In this document: positions 46,153 through 60,090 of the stretch, in pieces
Position numbering within the stretch: the stretch's first letter is position 1
How the letters are laid out: each line of letters begins with the position of its first letter
NCBI GenBank assembly: GCA_022813865.1
Contig: JALDZX010000011.1
Span: 434,001 to 498,000 of the forward strand
From: Xylographa opegraphella
Lineage: Eukaryota
Direction of reading: 5' to 3'
DNA: 64,000 bases
Notes under the pieces: generated by a model
What the model saw: only the letters and a program-made list of their open reading frames with translations
Databases searched by the model: none
Told to the model about the DNA's origin: nothing
Translations under genes and position numbers: made by a program

Positions 46153-47783
46153 TCACTCCAGCTTGTCGCCTCGCTCTGCCGTCCACGGGTAGTCTTCCAC
46201 CCCAACGTCCACACAGGTGAGGTACGGAAGCCCCATCTCGACCGCGTCCACCATCAGATTGTCCCTCGTCAAAGGCTCAACCAGCTCCTGCGCATACTCC
46301 TTCAACGTGTCCAAGTCCGTTTCCAGATGATCCCATGAATCGGCGATGAGTCTCCCCTCTAACTCTATATCCACAAGCAGCGTGCGTACTTGTTCCGTGG
46401 GCAAGTACGCGTCTCCACCTTCGCGCATCAGGCGAAAATGGTACCCATGGTGCAGTGTGTCTGTCTTGCGGAGCTGGCGCACTTGTTTGCTGAACCATTC
46501 TCGGAAGAATTGCACAGCGATCCAGGCTTCGGGCGAAGTTTTCAAGGAGACGTCGAGGCCGCCTTTGATTTCTTCCAGCGTTTTGATGAATAGATCCGCA
46601 ATGGTCTCCGTCTTGAGACGTGCTAGTCCGTCCGCTTTTGCTTTCACAATGGAGATGAGGTTGTCTGGTAAAGTCTTGATGTCAATGGACCAGGGGGAGT
46701 GCGGATAGCAGCCCGAGCAATGGATCATGGCCTCATGGAAAATGGAGTTGGACTCGAGTGCTACGGAGAGTCTGAGCCAGCGAGGAGGATCTTTCGCGAT
46801 TGCAGTGTAGAGTTGCCGATGATATTGAGAAATATCATAAACAAGATGTGGCTGCACAATTGGCAAGCTTCCGTAGTATCTAGCTAGCAAAAACAATCCT
46901 CTCGCATTGATCAAGCGCGCATTCGATGTTAACAGTTGATATTTTCGGAGCTTTACTATAGTACATTCCTAGTAGTGACTCATGTGCCTCGATGTATTTC
47001 TGGCAGTCATGCTTCTGCTTACTTGACTTCTCATCCTCGATCGGAGTTATTATTGGTGTGATGGCCAGCCCTGTTTGCGCAGTTCCAGCTTCCTGATTTT
47101 GAACCGCCCAGGCTTGTGATTCTAGCTTCACTGAGGGCTCCTTCTGAGAAAGTTCAACGGATGTCATCTCAACTATAGTCGCCGTAGCGAGGCTTTGCTT
47201 TTGTGCCTTATCTATTGTTGCCGAAAGTGTAGAGGCCTTTGTGGACATTTGAGATGCCGTATTTGCAACAGCGCTTCTGGACCCCATGACTGAAAGGGCT
47301 TGCTCCTGTATCAATGCAGGCTTGATGTCATAACTGAAATCCTGGTGTTCGTGAGTATAAAACTTATTGTTGGACGATTTGAATTACCGTTTGCATAAGC
47401 AACGGAACATTGTGCTCGGATGATAGTAATAGAGTAAACTTGTGGCTGATACCATTCTTGACCACGCTAGGCTTTGCAAGTTCTCTTGCAAACCAGGAGG
47501 AGTCGCGCTCAAGTACAGTTCGGTGGAGTTGGAACTCAGGCTGCAGGCTGTCGCGGAGACGTATAAGTACCCGACCCGACTTGAAAACTGGAAATGCTTC
47601 CGCAATAACAACAATAGCCTCGGTATTCATTTCAGTACAACGACCAACTTCTGAACTTTTCATATCTGAAGCCTGGCTACCAGCAATTCGTCTTGAGGCG
47701 CTTGGAGCAGGATTTGGCTTCAGTGCCTTCGCTCTCCGCTTTGGAGGCTCCACCGAGCCGCGAGTACGCTTCCTTGTAACCAT
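46153..47783 (-). CDS. BTB/POZ-like fungal protein with an apparent +1 frameshift (pseudogene or sequencing error)
   Basis: FKSGRVLIRL...FQLHRTVLERDSSWF (BTB-like start), one intron near 47335-47388, then ARYYGSLPIV and SIFHEAMIHCSG. The frames switch at an A5 run at 46889-46893. Confidence 0.65.
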
Positions 47784-48355
47784 ATTTCTAGCCTTCCTTG
47801 TGTCAAGTTCCTTCTGCTTCAGGATATCTAGATTGATGATTTGAGGAAGAGAGTAAGACCTGGAACAGAAGGTAGACTAGACCCTAGGTTGAATGCAAGA
47901 AGTGACAGAAGTCAAGAGTTGATTTGTTCGGCTATCTGATGGAGGGTGATGTCGATTTGAGGAAACGACGAGTTGAACAAGGATAGACTAGTATAGTGTC
48001 GTCAAGTTTTGAGTCCAAGTCGGCACCGCCAGACACGGTTAAGCAACTTAGTAGACGAAGGCGAAAGTTCACTGTGCCACTAGTGTAGCCGGTGACAACA
48101 GAAACAGAGCATAATACGAGTCTAAGTTAAAGTGAAGTATAGACCAAATGAATATTGGTAAGGATCCAGTTATCACTGATTTTAGACGTTCAACTCATGA
48201 GTGGTACCAGTGAAGATAAATCGTGTGTTTCTAGAATATGATCAGTTGAAGAGAGTGTGTGGGTACTGTAGGCTGCCCGTACACTAAGAAAGTACCAGCT
48301 TTCGGACCGAAGGATTGGCTGATATCCATTCTGCACATCTGCGAAGTACAGTCCA

Positions 48356-49801
48356 TCAAAATCTGGATCATGTCAGAAAAGGACTCTCGAAGCAATCGAA
48401 GCCGATTAAAGAAATGAAATACCTGATCTCATAACTCCCAGCTCTTGTCATATAGCGCACCCATTTGACGCTACCATAATTGCTCTTCTCAAAAACCTTC
48501 AAATACCGCACCAGCAGGCCAGAACTGGTGAACATCAAAAGCGAAAAGCTTAGACTCAGTGGCGGTCGACTCCACGCTTTCTGATTTGTCATGGATGTCA
48601 AAGAGGCCTCGGCTGATAAGACATACTCACTTTGACCAGAGAATCGAGGGATTTTCCATACAATGTTATTGTGCTCTGGCTCATATTTGGCCTTACCTTG
48701 AGATGTTCTCTCTGTAATCTTGGCTGTATTCAAAGGTGTCGGGACGCGCACAACCACGTTGGTGGCGAAGAGTTTACTTCCGTAGTTCGCTTTTATGGCA
48801 ATGCTGTACTCAACCTTGGTCTTTCCAAGCTCATTGACGATTGCATGCACCTTGAATGGTAGATTGACATTTTCAGTGGCGCGATATCGCATCAGCTCGA
48901 ACTCTCCGTCTGGTGGTATAAAAGAGATAATCCGATCTGCGTCGAATTTTCCCAGCTTGACGCACTGGTGAAACTGACAATCTTCAAGAGTAACACTACC
49001 AGCTGCAGCTTTCGTGGCTTTTGTCCCTGCTGTATTGCCTATGGGCCCTGCAAGGCTGTCACCATCCAAGAGGAGTCGATCATTAAGACCAAATTTGCAT
49101 TCTGGGGTTCCGGAAAGATAAGCTCGCATCACAATTTGCCCATTGACATCTGCACGAAGTACAGTGCCCGTAGCGGACATGAGAAGGTTGACGTCCTCGA
49201 TTACATCCACGAATGCTTCATTTTTCCTATATTTAATATCTGCCCGCCTCCACGATAGCGCTCCGGTAGCTTGCATAGTGATCTTCGAAGAGTCCTCCAT
49301 CGTTCTCTCTGATTTGACGCCTTCAGTAGTAATGTACATCTTCAAAGTATCAGTCTCAGTATTTTGTGGATATCCAAAATCAAGGATCTCTGCAATTTGG
49401 CAATGTATCAGTATTTCCTTGGATACGTAAAAGCTTAAACCTATGACTTTGAAGTAGCACGTACCATCGAGTAATTCGTACACAAGGACGAAGTTGTTCT
49501 TCACAGCTTCTTCGTCAAACTTTCCAAAATAACCCTTCCCCAAAGCCACCAATCTGTAGAGAAACTCGAACACGAGCGCCGCGTTGGCATTACTCTTCGT
49601 CACAGCCACTAGGTATATGTTCTCATGTTTGACATGGCTAAATGTCGTCGACCCCAGAGTCAGGATCGGGGACCGCACTTGGGCATTTGATATAACTTGA
49701 ATGCGGAAAACATCAGCCAGACGCGGACGACAGTCATTCCTGAAGGCTCGGAAGATAAGATTCTCTCCTTTCTGGTTGAAGATCAGAATGCCGGAAATCA
49801 T
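48356..49801 (-). CDS. APM4: AP-2 adaptor complex mu subunit
   Basis: [65 protein letters not shown], FHQCV and KWVRY. Introns at 49390-49464 and 48363-48422; the last exon encodes the terminal F*. Confidence 0.96.
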
Positions 49802-50283
49802 GATTCCCAAAATTGTCTCGACTGAAATACTTTTCGTTGGTCAATTGAAGAGCCCTGTAGGAATATGTTTGACGTGCCAAGCATCCGGGTAGGACTTAGG
49901 ACTAGACTACTGTAGGTACGAAGGTACCTTACCTAGGTAAGGTATTTCGAGTCGGGTCACGGCATTTAGTAGGTAACCCGACGTACTGGGGCTTACATGT
50001 GGGGTCCGCACATATCATATACTTCAGGGTATCTCTGATATCAATTTTCCTTTCATCTCAGTGGGTACACCCTCCGTTAGTCCACATGGCTTAAAGTATG
50101 GTCAGTTTCCTTCATACTGTGGTAACACACGGCTGAGACGGCGTAATCAAGCCGCGTATTGTTCCGATTATCCAATGAAATGATTGTTGCAAGGTCATAG
50201 CATGTACGCTGTATCTAAGAGCGCGACTCTCTGTTTGAAACTCTCCATCAACTCTTGATTGCTTAATTACATGTCATCTCAAG

Positions 50284-51695
50284 ATGTTCATGTTCTCTCG
50301 TTCTGCTGTGCGTGCTCATGGACCTCGTCTACCAGGCACCCGATTCCGACCGGAATATTACTTTGTACAGCATCATCCTTTCGCTATTCGCTTTACCAGC
50401 AGTGACCGCAAGAGATTCAAGTTTCCTGCATCTTCTACAATCACTTCTGCGTTCTTGGCTGTCGCCACTGTAGGGATTGGGATGATCATTGGAGTGCGTT
50501 TGCGAGCTGCGTCAGTTCCCCTCGATGCAGCAGCACAGAGTGAAGGTTCAGTAAACAATGGTGAACTGAGTAACAATGTTATCTTGTCCCGGGGCGGTGA
50601 CAATGAAGATCAATCAAGTAATCCTCGTTCAATTAATGAAGCTCAAAATTCTCCCAAAGACAATGATCAGCCAGCAATTTTCATGCAGTTTGGGCCGGAT
50701 GCATCGTTCTTTATATCGTCTGAAGATCGATGGCAATAGTGAGTATGACCAACTTTGTTCCGATTGCATTGCTCAATTCTGGCTAGTCATGGTTCAGCAA
50801 CAACAGCCAGAGCCATGGATGAATTAGAGATGGATACTCCGTATATTGTGGCTCTTGCTTCCAACGGCGGATTGTTCGCCGCATACAAATCTATAGTTGG
50901 TAGTGTACCGGCTTGGAATTTATTCGTCGATGATACGCAGAAGCAGAAAGTTCAAGTCTGGCAGCACAAAGATGATGAATGTATGGTATAGTGAGCGTCT
51001 GATATTTACTCTTTCTTACAAAGTCAGGGATCCACGAGTGCACCAGTCACGATGCATACCAGATGCTTGCGAAATGGCTCCCACAAAACTTCGAGAACGA
51101 TACCGCCGGCTTTCAAAAGTGTAACTTGACCTTCGGGCCTGGTGACAGTTTCTATGTGCGATCTCCCAAGGGCTGCTTATGGAACAATCTCCCCGCCTCC
51201 CTGGAAGATATTATTCTCAAACAAATGGGAAAGGGCGGCCTGGGTCCACCGGAAACGGTCTCACTCGGTGCTGGAAAAACTTGGGTTACAACCTGGGACG
51301 GTAAACATTATCTTTGGATGCTTGGCAGTCACTACTACAACGACGTTCACGAAGAACTCAAAGTGAATAACAAAGACCATACTGGCGGCATCAATTATAT
51401 AGCGATAAGTCCTTACGAAGACGCATACTTCATCCACTTCAATAACGGGATATTTAAGTACCACTGCCGTGTGGATAAACGGGCAGAGAAGGATTTCAAC
51501 CATTTTATTTACAAATTCTTGCAGGAGCGAGCACTCGTCGACAAGGTCAGCTACAACTTAACTGATAAAAATGACAGGAAGAGCATTGTCATCTCGCCGA
51601 CCACGAGTTTTGAAGAGTTTGAAAGTTTCATGGAGTTGTCGAAGGAACCCAGCCTACAATCATGGATGAGATGGCTGTGGAAGAAGATATTGTGA
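50284..51695 (+). CDS. Hypothetical protein with a mitochondrial-presequence-like N-terminus and one TM segment; 3 exons
   Basis: Arg/Ser-rich leader and hydrophobic LAVATVGIGMIIGV; repeated xxFGP/LG..SF beta motifs (MQFGPDASFF, LTFGPGDSFY, VSLGAGKTW); GT-AG introns near 50739 and 50982. Confidence 0.65.
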
Positions 51696-52001
51696 CCCTG
51701 TCGGCTATTCTTCGCTTTAGACTACATTACTCCTTGCACCCAGGAACACAGAGAACAGTATACGGGAGGGTTGACACTCGTGTGTCGCAGATGGTGTCTA
51801 GAAAGAAGTGGAAGGACGGGGAGCAGATAAGAGCCTACACTTTGCCTTGCAGACCAGGCGGGGTTCTAGCGTCGCAGCAGGAAGATAATAGATAGTATTC
51901 GACAACGCTAGAGGAAGTGGCTACTCCTGTCGTATGCCTGAGGTTCAATAGCACAACCCTTTTAACGTATACAAATACGGCGCCCCGCAGTGTTCACGCT
52001 T

Positions 52002-53358
<1,357 letters not shown>

Positions 53359-53640
53359 CGTGGCCACGGTGCAGATCAGCAAGTCAATAGAGAAGAAGGG
53401 TAATCGACGTATGTATAGCTTCGTAGCTACAAGCACCTGGAGCGGAGCTGGGCTTAGGATTCTCGGCTAGTATCGGACTAGCGTTTACGAACTTTACATC
53501 TCGCCAAGTTAATTATTCCAGATTGACGTTCACGTGCTAAAAAGCTCCCTCAATTCTCAGCCAGCACTTCCAAGTCAAATCTGAGAGTCGTGGTTGCAAT
53601 TGATTGGAACCCTTCTGCATCTGCCCAGGGGTAAGTAAGA

Positions 53641-55386
53641 ATGGCTACAAAAACTGTGACGGCCCCGGTGGCTACCAAGATCAAGCTGCCAAAGAATCTC
53701 AAGCTTCCTCCAGAAAGTGAGCGCTTTATGCAGGCTTGCTCGGACATTGCAAGTGCTTTGATACAAGACCATGAGGCTCAGTCAGATGATTCGAAGCCGA
53801 AGAAAGATCTAAATCTCAATAGTTTGAGAGGTCAGATGGCTAAGAAACACAGACTGAGCAATCAGCCACCATTGACAGCCATCATTGCAGCTGTGCCTGA
53901 GCATTACAAAAAATACATTCTACCAAAGCTGATCGCAAAGCCAATCCGCACATCTTCGGGAATCGCAGTGGTAGCGGTAATGTGCAAGCCACATCGGTGT
54001 CCCCATATTGCATACACTGGCAATATATGTGTCTATTGTCCCGGAGGTCCTGATTCAGACTTCGAATATTCAACGCAGTCATACACTGGATATGAACCGA
54101 CGTCAATGCGAGCAATAAGAGCACGATATGATCCTTTCGAGCAAGCTCGTGGGAGAGTCGACCAAATAAAGTCTTTGGGGCACAGTGTGGACAAGGTGGA
54201 ATATATCATAATGGGGGGCACCTTCATGTCACTTCCAGAAGACTATAGAGATGGATTTATCTCGCAACTCCACAACGCTTTGAGTGGTTATCAAGGAGAG
54301 AATGTCGATGAAGCGGTCGAGGCGGGGGAGATGAGTAATATTAAGTGTGTGGGAATTACCATCGAAACAAGACCTGATTACTGCTTGCAACCTCATTTGA
54401 GTAGCATGCTACGCTACGGCTGCACACGGCTCGAGATAGGCGTGCAGTCCCTTTACGAAGATGTGGCTCGAGATACAAATAGGGGTCATACCGTTGCAGC
54501 CGTGGCCGAGACATTTAGACTCGCCAAGGACGCAGGCTTCAAAGTAGTCAGTCATATGATGCCAGATCTACCAAATGTTGGTATGGAACGGGATCTTGAT
54601 CAGTTCCGGGAATACTTTGAAAACCCAGCATTCCGTACTGATGGACTGAAAATTTATCCAACCCTTGTGATCAGAGGAACTGGTTTGTATGAACTATGGC
54701 GAACAGGTAGGTATAAGAATTACACGCCCAACGCCTTGATCGACCTGGTGGCACGAATACTGGCGTTGATACCTCCGTGGACCCGGATATACAGGGTACA
54801 GCGAGATATTCCGATGCCGTTGGTGACTTCCGGTGTAGAGAACGGAAACCTACGAGAACTTGCACTAAGCAGGATGAAAGATTTCGGAACCACATGTAGA
54901 GATGTAAGGACCAGGGAGGTTGGCATCAACGAGGTCAAAAATAAGATAAGGCCGTCCCAAGTCGAGCTGGTGCGACGAGACTATGCCGCTAACGGTGGCT
55001 GGGAAACGTTTCTGGCATACGAAGACCCAAAACAGGATATTCTGATTGCACTCTTACGCCTACGTAAATGTAGTGCTACACATACTTTCAGACCGGAATT
55101 GACACCCCAACAAACAAGTCTTGTGCGCGAGCTACACGTATATGGATCAGCAGTACCAGTTCACGCGAGGGATCCCAGGAAGTTCCAGCATCAGGGATAC
55201 GGAACTCTCCTGATGGAGGAGGCAGAGCGTATAGCGCGAGATGAGCACGGAAGTCAGAAAATAAGTGTCATTTCTGGAGTTGGAGTGCGATCCTATTACT
55301 CCAAGCTGGGATACCATATTGACGGACCGTACATGAGCAAGGTATTAGATGCAACCGTATGGACAGAAGATAGTGATGAGGACTGA
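53641..55386 (+). CDS. ELP3: Elongator complex subunit 3 (radical SAM plus acetyltransferase), intronless
   Basis: [38 protein letters not shown] and [11 protein letters not shown]; divergent from LSC1 with about 280 bp between starts. Confidence 0.98.
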   Translation: MATKTVTAPVATKIKLPKNLKLPPESERFMQACSDIASALIQDHEAQSDDSKPKKDLNLNSLRGQMAKKHRLSNQPPLTAIIAAVPEHYKKYILPKLIAKPIRTSSGIAVVAVMCKPHRCPHIAYTGNICVYCPGGPDSDFEYSTQSYTGYEPTSMRAIRARYDPFEQARGRVDQIKSLGHSVDKVEYIIMGGTFMSLPEDYRDGFISQLHNALSGYQGENVDEAVEAGEMSNIKCVGITIETRPDYCLQPHLSSMLRYGCTRLEIGVQSLYEDVARDTNRGHTVAAVAETFRLAKDAGFKVVSHMMPDLPNVGMERDLDQFREYFENPAFRTDGLKIYPTLVIRGTGLYELWRTGRYKNYTPNALIDLVARILALIPPWTRIYRVQRDIPMPLVTSGVENGNLRELALSRMKDFGTTCRDVRTREVGINEVKNKIRPSQVELVRRDYAANGGWETFLAYEDPKQDILIALLRLRKCSATHTFRPELTPQQTSLVRELHVYGSAVPVHARDPRKFQHQGYGTLLMEEAERIARDEHGSQKISVISGVGVRSYYSKLGYHIDGPYMSKVLDATVWTEDSDED

Positions 55387-55694
55387 CTATAGGGTCTTCC
55401 AATGAGCCAGCTATGCATTTATCGGTGTTCGCCTTGTCGGTTCGATCGTCCGAGGAAGAGGAACGTATTAAGCATAGCGACGGCGTTCGTTGATAGTAAG
55501 ACGTGAAGACCTGGACCATCTTGACTCGTTACTAAAGCGGATTCTCATTTCATCCACCCGAGTTACCTCTTTAGCACTATAGCTTCTATACAAACATGGT
55601 ACTGATATTCATAAAAGCGCCCTTGAATGTGAAAAAACGCCTACGGAGCTCCCCGAGCACTCGCATAACGAACTTCTGTACAACGACTCGTCCT

Positions 55695-56217
55695 TCAGCT
55701 CAGCGTTATCTGTCCCTTTCTCGATTCTTGTATGTGGAAGTAGGCTTGTAAACCGCAGAAAATAAGGAAGACCTTGGCAAATTCCGTCAGCCTTTCACCG
55801 AGTTAGTCTCTCTGACATAATCTTGCTTACTCCATAGATGCCAACAGCTCCGAATATGCTCCCTGCAACGGCTGCACCGTTCTTAGGATCGTTCACCGAA
55901 CCCATCAAGGTGTGGTGATTTGACTACAAAATCAAGTCTTGTTAGCCTTCACACAATATTAATCAACAAAGACAAGTCAAGAAAGTGCGTGGTATGGCCA
56001 GATGGCGCAAATCCAGCAGAGCTTCAAGACCGCTCATCATGTGTGAGGCGGAACGTACGTTGAAGAGAGCACCGATAGTGCTGAGGATGACGATTGCAAA
56101 GATACATACGACAACACTATACATCTTCGGTCAGCCAGTTGTTCAACATGGGCAACGGCATACAGAGGAAAGGACTGACCAGCTCCAAGCATTGAGCGCC
56201 GAAACAACGGGTTTCAT
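55695..56217 (-). CDS. RNASEK: V-ATPase V0 subunit f / ribonuclease kappa family (yeast YPR170W-B-like), 88 aa; 4 exons
   Basis: Exons 56217-56180, 56116-56059, 55923-55831 and 55772-55695 give MKPVVSALNAWSCVVVCIFAIVILSTIGALFNSNHHTLMGSVNDPKNGAAVAGSIFGAVGIYGVFLIFCGLQAYFHIQESRKGQITLS*, with two TM helices. Confidence 0.9.
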
Positions 56218-58538
56218 GATAAGTAGAGGAGAGGTTGAAAACAAGCCACCTTCCAACAGAGTAATCGACGTTCGATCGGATAGAACGCAGTTCGTTTTCA
56301 ATGAGAGCGCGGTGCAGATAGTAGAGTAAAGTCGTAAGACAGCGCTTCGCACTACCCAGTACGGATGAGGTGTTCGTCGAGGTTCGCCATGACGCCGCTC
56401 GAAGTGGAAAGAAGTTAGCGTTCCCTCGTAGGGCTGACAGGCAAGAAGCGAGTTTATCGAAATGGAATCGGTAAAACGCTTGACCACCAAGTCTCCGTTC
56501 ATCTTACCACCGACAAATTACTTACTACGTGAATTGTATGACGCAAGTGAGACTATTGAGACTGTATGTTTGGTAGTTACAATACGATTGATGCATATCG
56601 AATATTATTCGTGCCACTAAGCTTTATACTCGCGCTCCGTTGGATTTGTCCATGTAACGAAGCTTTACTTTATGAGACATTAAATATGTATTGACCTTTA
56701 TTTTCTTCCTACTACGTTCTTAAATCTTGATTCTACTTGGATGGCACTGCTTGATCGCAATACCAGCGACCATCCTCCTCATCCTCGGACTCCTTTGTCT
56801 TCCTTCTGATATCGAAGGGTGCACCATTGGTAATCAAGGCGCCATTTCTCTGTCCTTCAAGGCCACCATCAGGCTTTTCGATGCCACATCCTTCTCTGAC
56901 TGTATTTTAAGTCCCACTGTTGGTTCTTCGGTTGCCTTTGCCGATTTGTCCACTCTGAGATATCATTTCCATGCCTTGTACCTGATTCTGCTGTTGGCTC
57001 TTCCCAGGTTATAGTCTGAACGTTTGTGTTGGCTGCGGTATGGGATCTGCGGCTGTGCCTGACTTTGACTCTGGCACATGCTTTAGAGATGGCTCGGGCC
57101 ACTCCGTCCGCTTTTTTGCCCGGAGATAGAAGTTGACTGGCTTGACGAGTTGATAAAAGGGATGTACTCGACCAGGTCCTCTCTCGGATTTGAGAACTCA
57201 TAAATGTATACTGTCAACGGGACAAGGTACCGTTACTTCCTGGAGGGGAAAGCTCAAACCAAGAACCTTGCTGACGGAACCCAAATGGAAGCTATGCGCA
57301 CTCGATGTATTTCGTAACATTTTCCGTTCCCATCGATCCAAACCGAATCTGTGGAGGTTCTCCCAGACTGCCGAATTGTTATCATGCGATGCAAGGTCTT
57401 ACCTTCGTGAGCTATAGGCTCGAGCTCGAAAAGCTTCTACACGTTGCTTCTAGCGATAACAACTGCCTTCGCGGGCATTCTATATCCATCGGGCAGAATG
57501 GAATCCTCTTTTGCAGTCCAGCTCAGCTTCAACGAAGGATTGTGTAGCCTCTAGGTCTCCTTGATGCATCACCTTGATAAATTCGTCGACGAATGAGAGT
57601 GCATAAGTGTTGTCGCAGGTCCATTCCGTATCATTGTCGATTAACTCTTGCCAAAAACGGTCTTGCATTCCCGAATACGCAACCAAAAGGATACCGAAAC
57701 CTGGAAACGAGGCCAGCTGTGGTTTCAAACTCTGCACCACTGAGGATTCATATGCCCCATGATCATGTTCTGTCTGTGTCCCTGTTGATCCGCAGCATGA
57801 CCTACACTGTCGACGATGCACGAAACGCTCCTGTCTGCATCGCTCATCGGACGTTCTTTTTGGCAGTCTTAGATGGCTTGTTGCTTCCAACGTACCTACC
57901 ATCTCGTGCGCCACCTTCTACGCGGAGTATGTATCACCTGCCATCCTTCCGTGCCCGTGAACCGAAACAATGCCGTGTCGTAAAGAAGTCCCCCACAAAT
58001 CATGGAGCGTAGCACCTCCAACGTGGTGAGCGGTGCGGGGGCAAATGAGGCCCAGAGTCGTGGAGCAATCTTGGTGAGAACGGTGCAACCTACCTCGCTC
58101 AGTCGCTCAATCGGGGTTGCGCGTCGTGGCGACGTTGGTAAGCCGGGTTGTATTCTACTGTTGCTGAGTCTCAGAGCCGGGGATAGCGGTTCGAGTCGTT
58201 TCCCTCTTGGGTAAAACCAGAGGAGAGTTGGTACAACATGACAAGTGATCGACTGCGACGTGGCCCGTCTACGGAGCTTAGAAACCCACGTTGAATCTAT
58301 CGTACAGTAGACAAGCGGTCCCAGGATCCAAGATCCCTTCTATTAATATCTAGTTCTACAATACGCTCACACATAGATCCCTTATGCAATATGCCGCCCC
58401 CTCCCATGCCACAGACGCCGCGCTCAGTCGCTAAGAAAACAAATAAGGGAATGGTGGTGGTGCTGCTGCGCCCGGGGCCACACTGCTCGTGGAAAGCCCG
58501 GAATGCAAACAGACTGGTGGTTATGAAGGCTGGGAGGG

Positions 58539-60090
58539 TCAGCTTCCTCTGTCTGGCCGCTCCGGCGCTGACTCCTCCCGTGCTAGCGGCGTCCGAGGTG
58601 CAGTCGCGGGTCTGGACTTGGGTTGGGTGGCGGCGGAGGGGAGGCCGTCGATTTTCGGGTCGGGGATCTGGAAGTCGAGCTGTGCGGAACAGGGGGTTAG
58701 CGAGAGCTTATAGCGAGATAATGCGGAGCCAAAGACCCGCATCAATTGCCAGCCTTCGCACAATGTAGCATCGAGGGTGAGAGAAAGCGATAGGAAGCCA
58801 AGCACTCACGGTCATGTACGCCGACTCCCGCAATCCCACCACCCGCACCAGGTCGTCATCCCCGCCGGCGCTGGCTTTGCGCCGCTGGGCGTTCCAGTCC
58901 TCCAACAGCTGCTCCACCTGGCGCACGCGCCGCTGGGCCGAGGTCAGGCCGAGGTCTTCCCATATCCAGCCGGTGGCGAGGCCGAGGAAGGCGTCGAGCC
59001 AATTGCAGATGCTCCAGGGGTCCATGGCTTTGATGAGGCCCGAATTCACCTTTTCGATGAGGCTGCGGAAGTCCTGCTCGCTCACCCAGGGGGAGAGGAT
59101 CTCCGGGTAGGTGTTGGAGAAGGTGGGGGCTAGGTCGCCGACGATCATCCAGTCGCGCGGGATGCGGATGATGCGGGTGGTGCTGTAGAGGGGGGAGGAG
59201 AGGGGGACGTGTTGGTTCCGGTGCGGGTAGCAGGGGTGGCGTTCTGTCCAGAGTAGGGAGGGGGTGGGCAATCCGCCGGGACCGCGCTCGGGGTCATTGC
59301 TGGTGGTTGAGGGCTTGGCTTCGTGGGTGTATGTGGGCGAGTGGGAGGTGAACGGTGCGTGGCTGCCTCGGGATTGTGGAGGGGTGTCTTTGGGAGGAAG
59401 GGATGGGGCTGGTAATGAGCCGAGAGGGAGAGAATCCCGCGAGAGTGAGGGATCGTCCAGATGCTTCATCGCATCCATCAGTGGAGGGAGAGGTGGCAGC
59501 GGGCGTGATGTGGAGTGGGCAAGATGTTGCGAACGGTGACCTTCCACAGGCAGGTCGTATACAGGTTGTTTGCCCTTGCCCTTGCCCTTGGGATCTGAGA
59601 AATTCGGGCGCGCGCTGTTAGGCAGTCCAATGCTGGGTCTGGGAGACGTCGATGACGCAGCAGCCAAGGGCTCGACCAGCAAGCTATTGAGGGAGCGGAA
59701 ATTGTAGACTTGTGGCGGGATTGGGAGTAGAGGATGTTCGGAATGGCTTTCGGACAAATTGCGTAGGCGCGAGCGTTCTGGGTCTGTGGGATTGTTTGAT
59801 GAACGGCGGCTCAGAGGATTGAAAGCGTTGTTGGTCGAGTTCAGAGGGTTCCACAAGTTCGGGGGAGTGATCCTGCGGTTTTGTCTGCTTGCTCGGAATA
59901 TCGACCTGCGAGCTATGCGATTCGGAGGCGAGGAGCGTCGGGGAAGACGGGTGTTTCGAGGCGGCTGAAGGCCAGAGAGATTATTGCTCTGTTGGCCCGG
60001 TCGAGCTTCAGTCGTGGAGGGTGATGCGTGCTGGGCGTCTTGCGTGGCCGTTGAAAGAGCCGTTCTGGTTGCGAGATGAAGGACTGGCAC
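58539..60090 (-). CDS. ERF4: Ras palmitoyltransferase accessory subunit Erf4/Golgin-A7 family; start uncertain
   Basis: HPCYPHRNQHVP, TRIIRIPRDW..GDLAPTFSNTYPEIL, W..FLGLATGWIWED and AYMT/LDFQIPDP across intron 58680-58809. The first in-frame ATG is at 59478 but the frame stays open to about 60108. Confidence 0.85.

Noticed and set aside
58180..58206. GGTTCGAGTC tRNA T-loop-like motif
   Set aside because: The T stem does not pair, and no D arm, anticodon arm or acceptor stem can be built.
57983..58281. GAAGTCCCC ... GGAGCTTAG resembling RNase MRP P4 strands
   Set aside because: The P4 pairing has a mismatch and the other conserved MRP elements are not visible.
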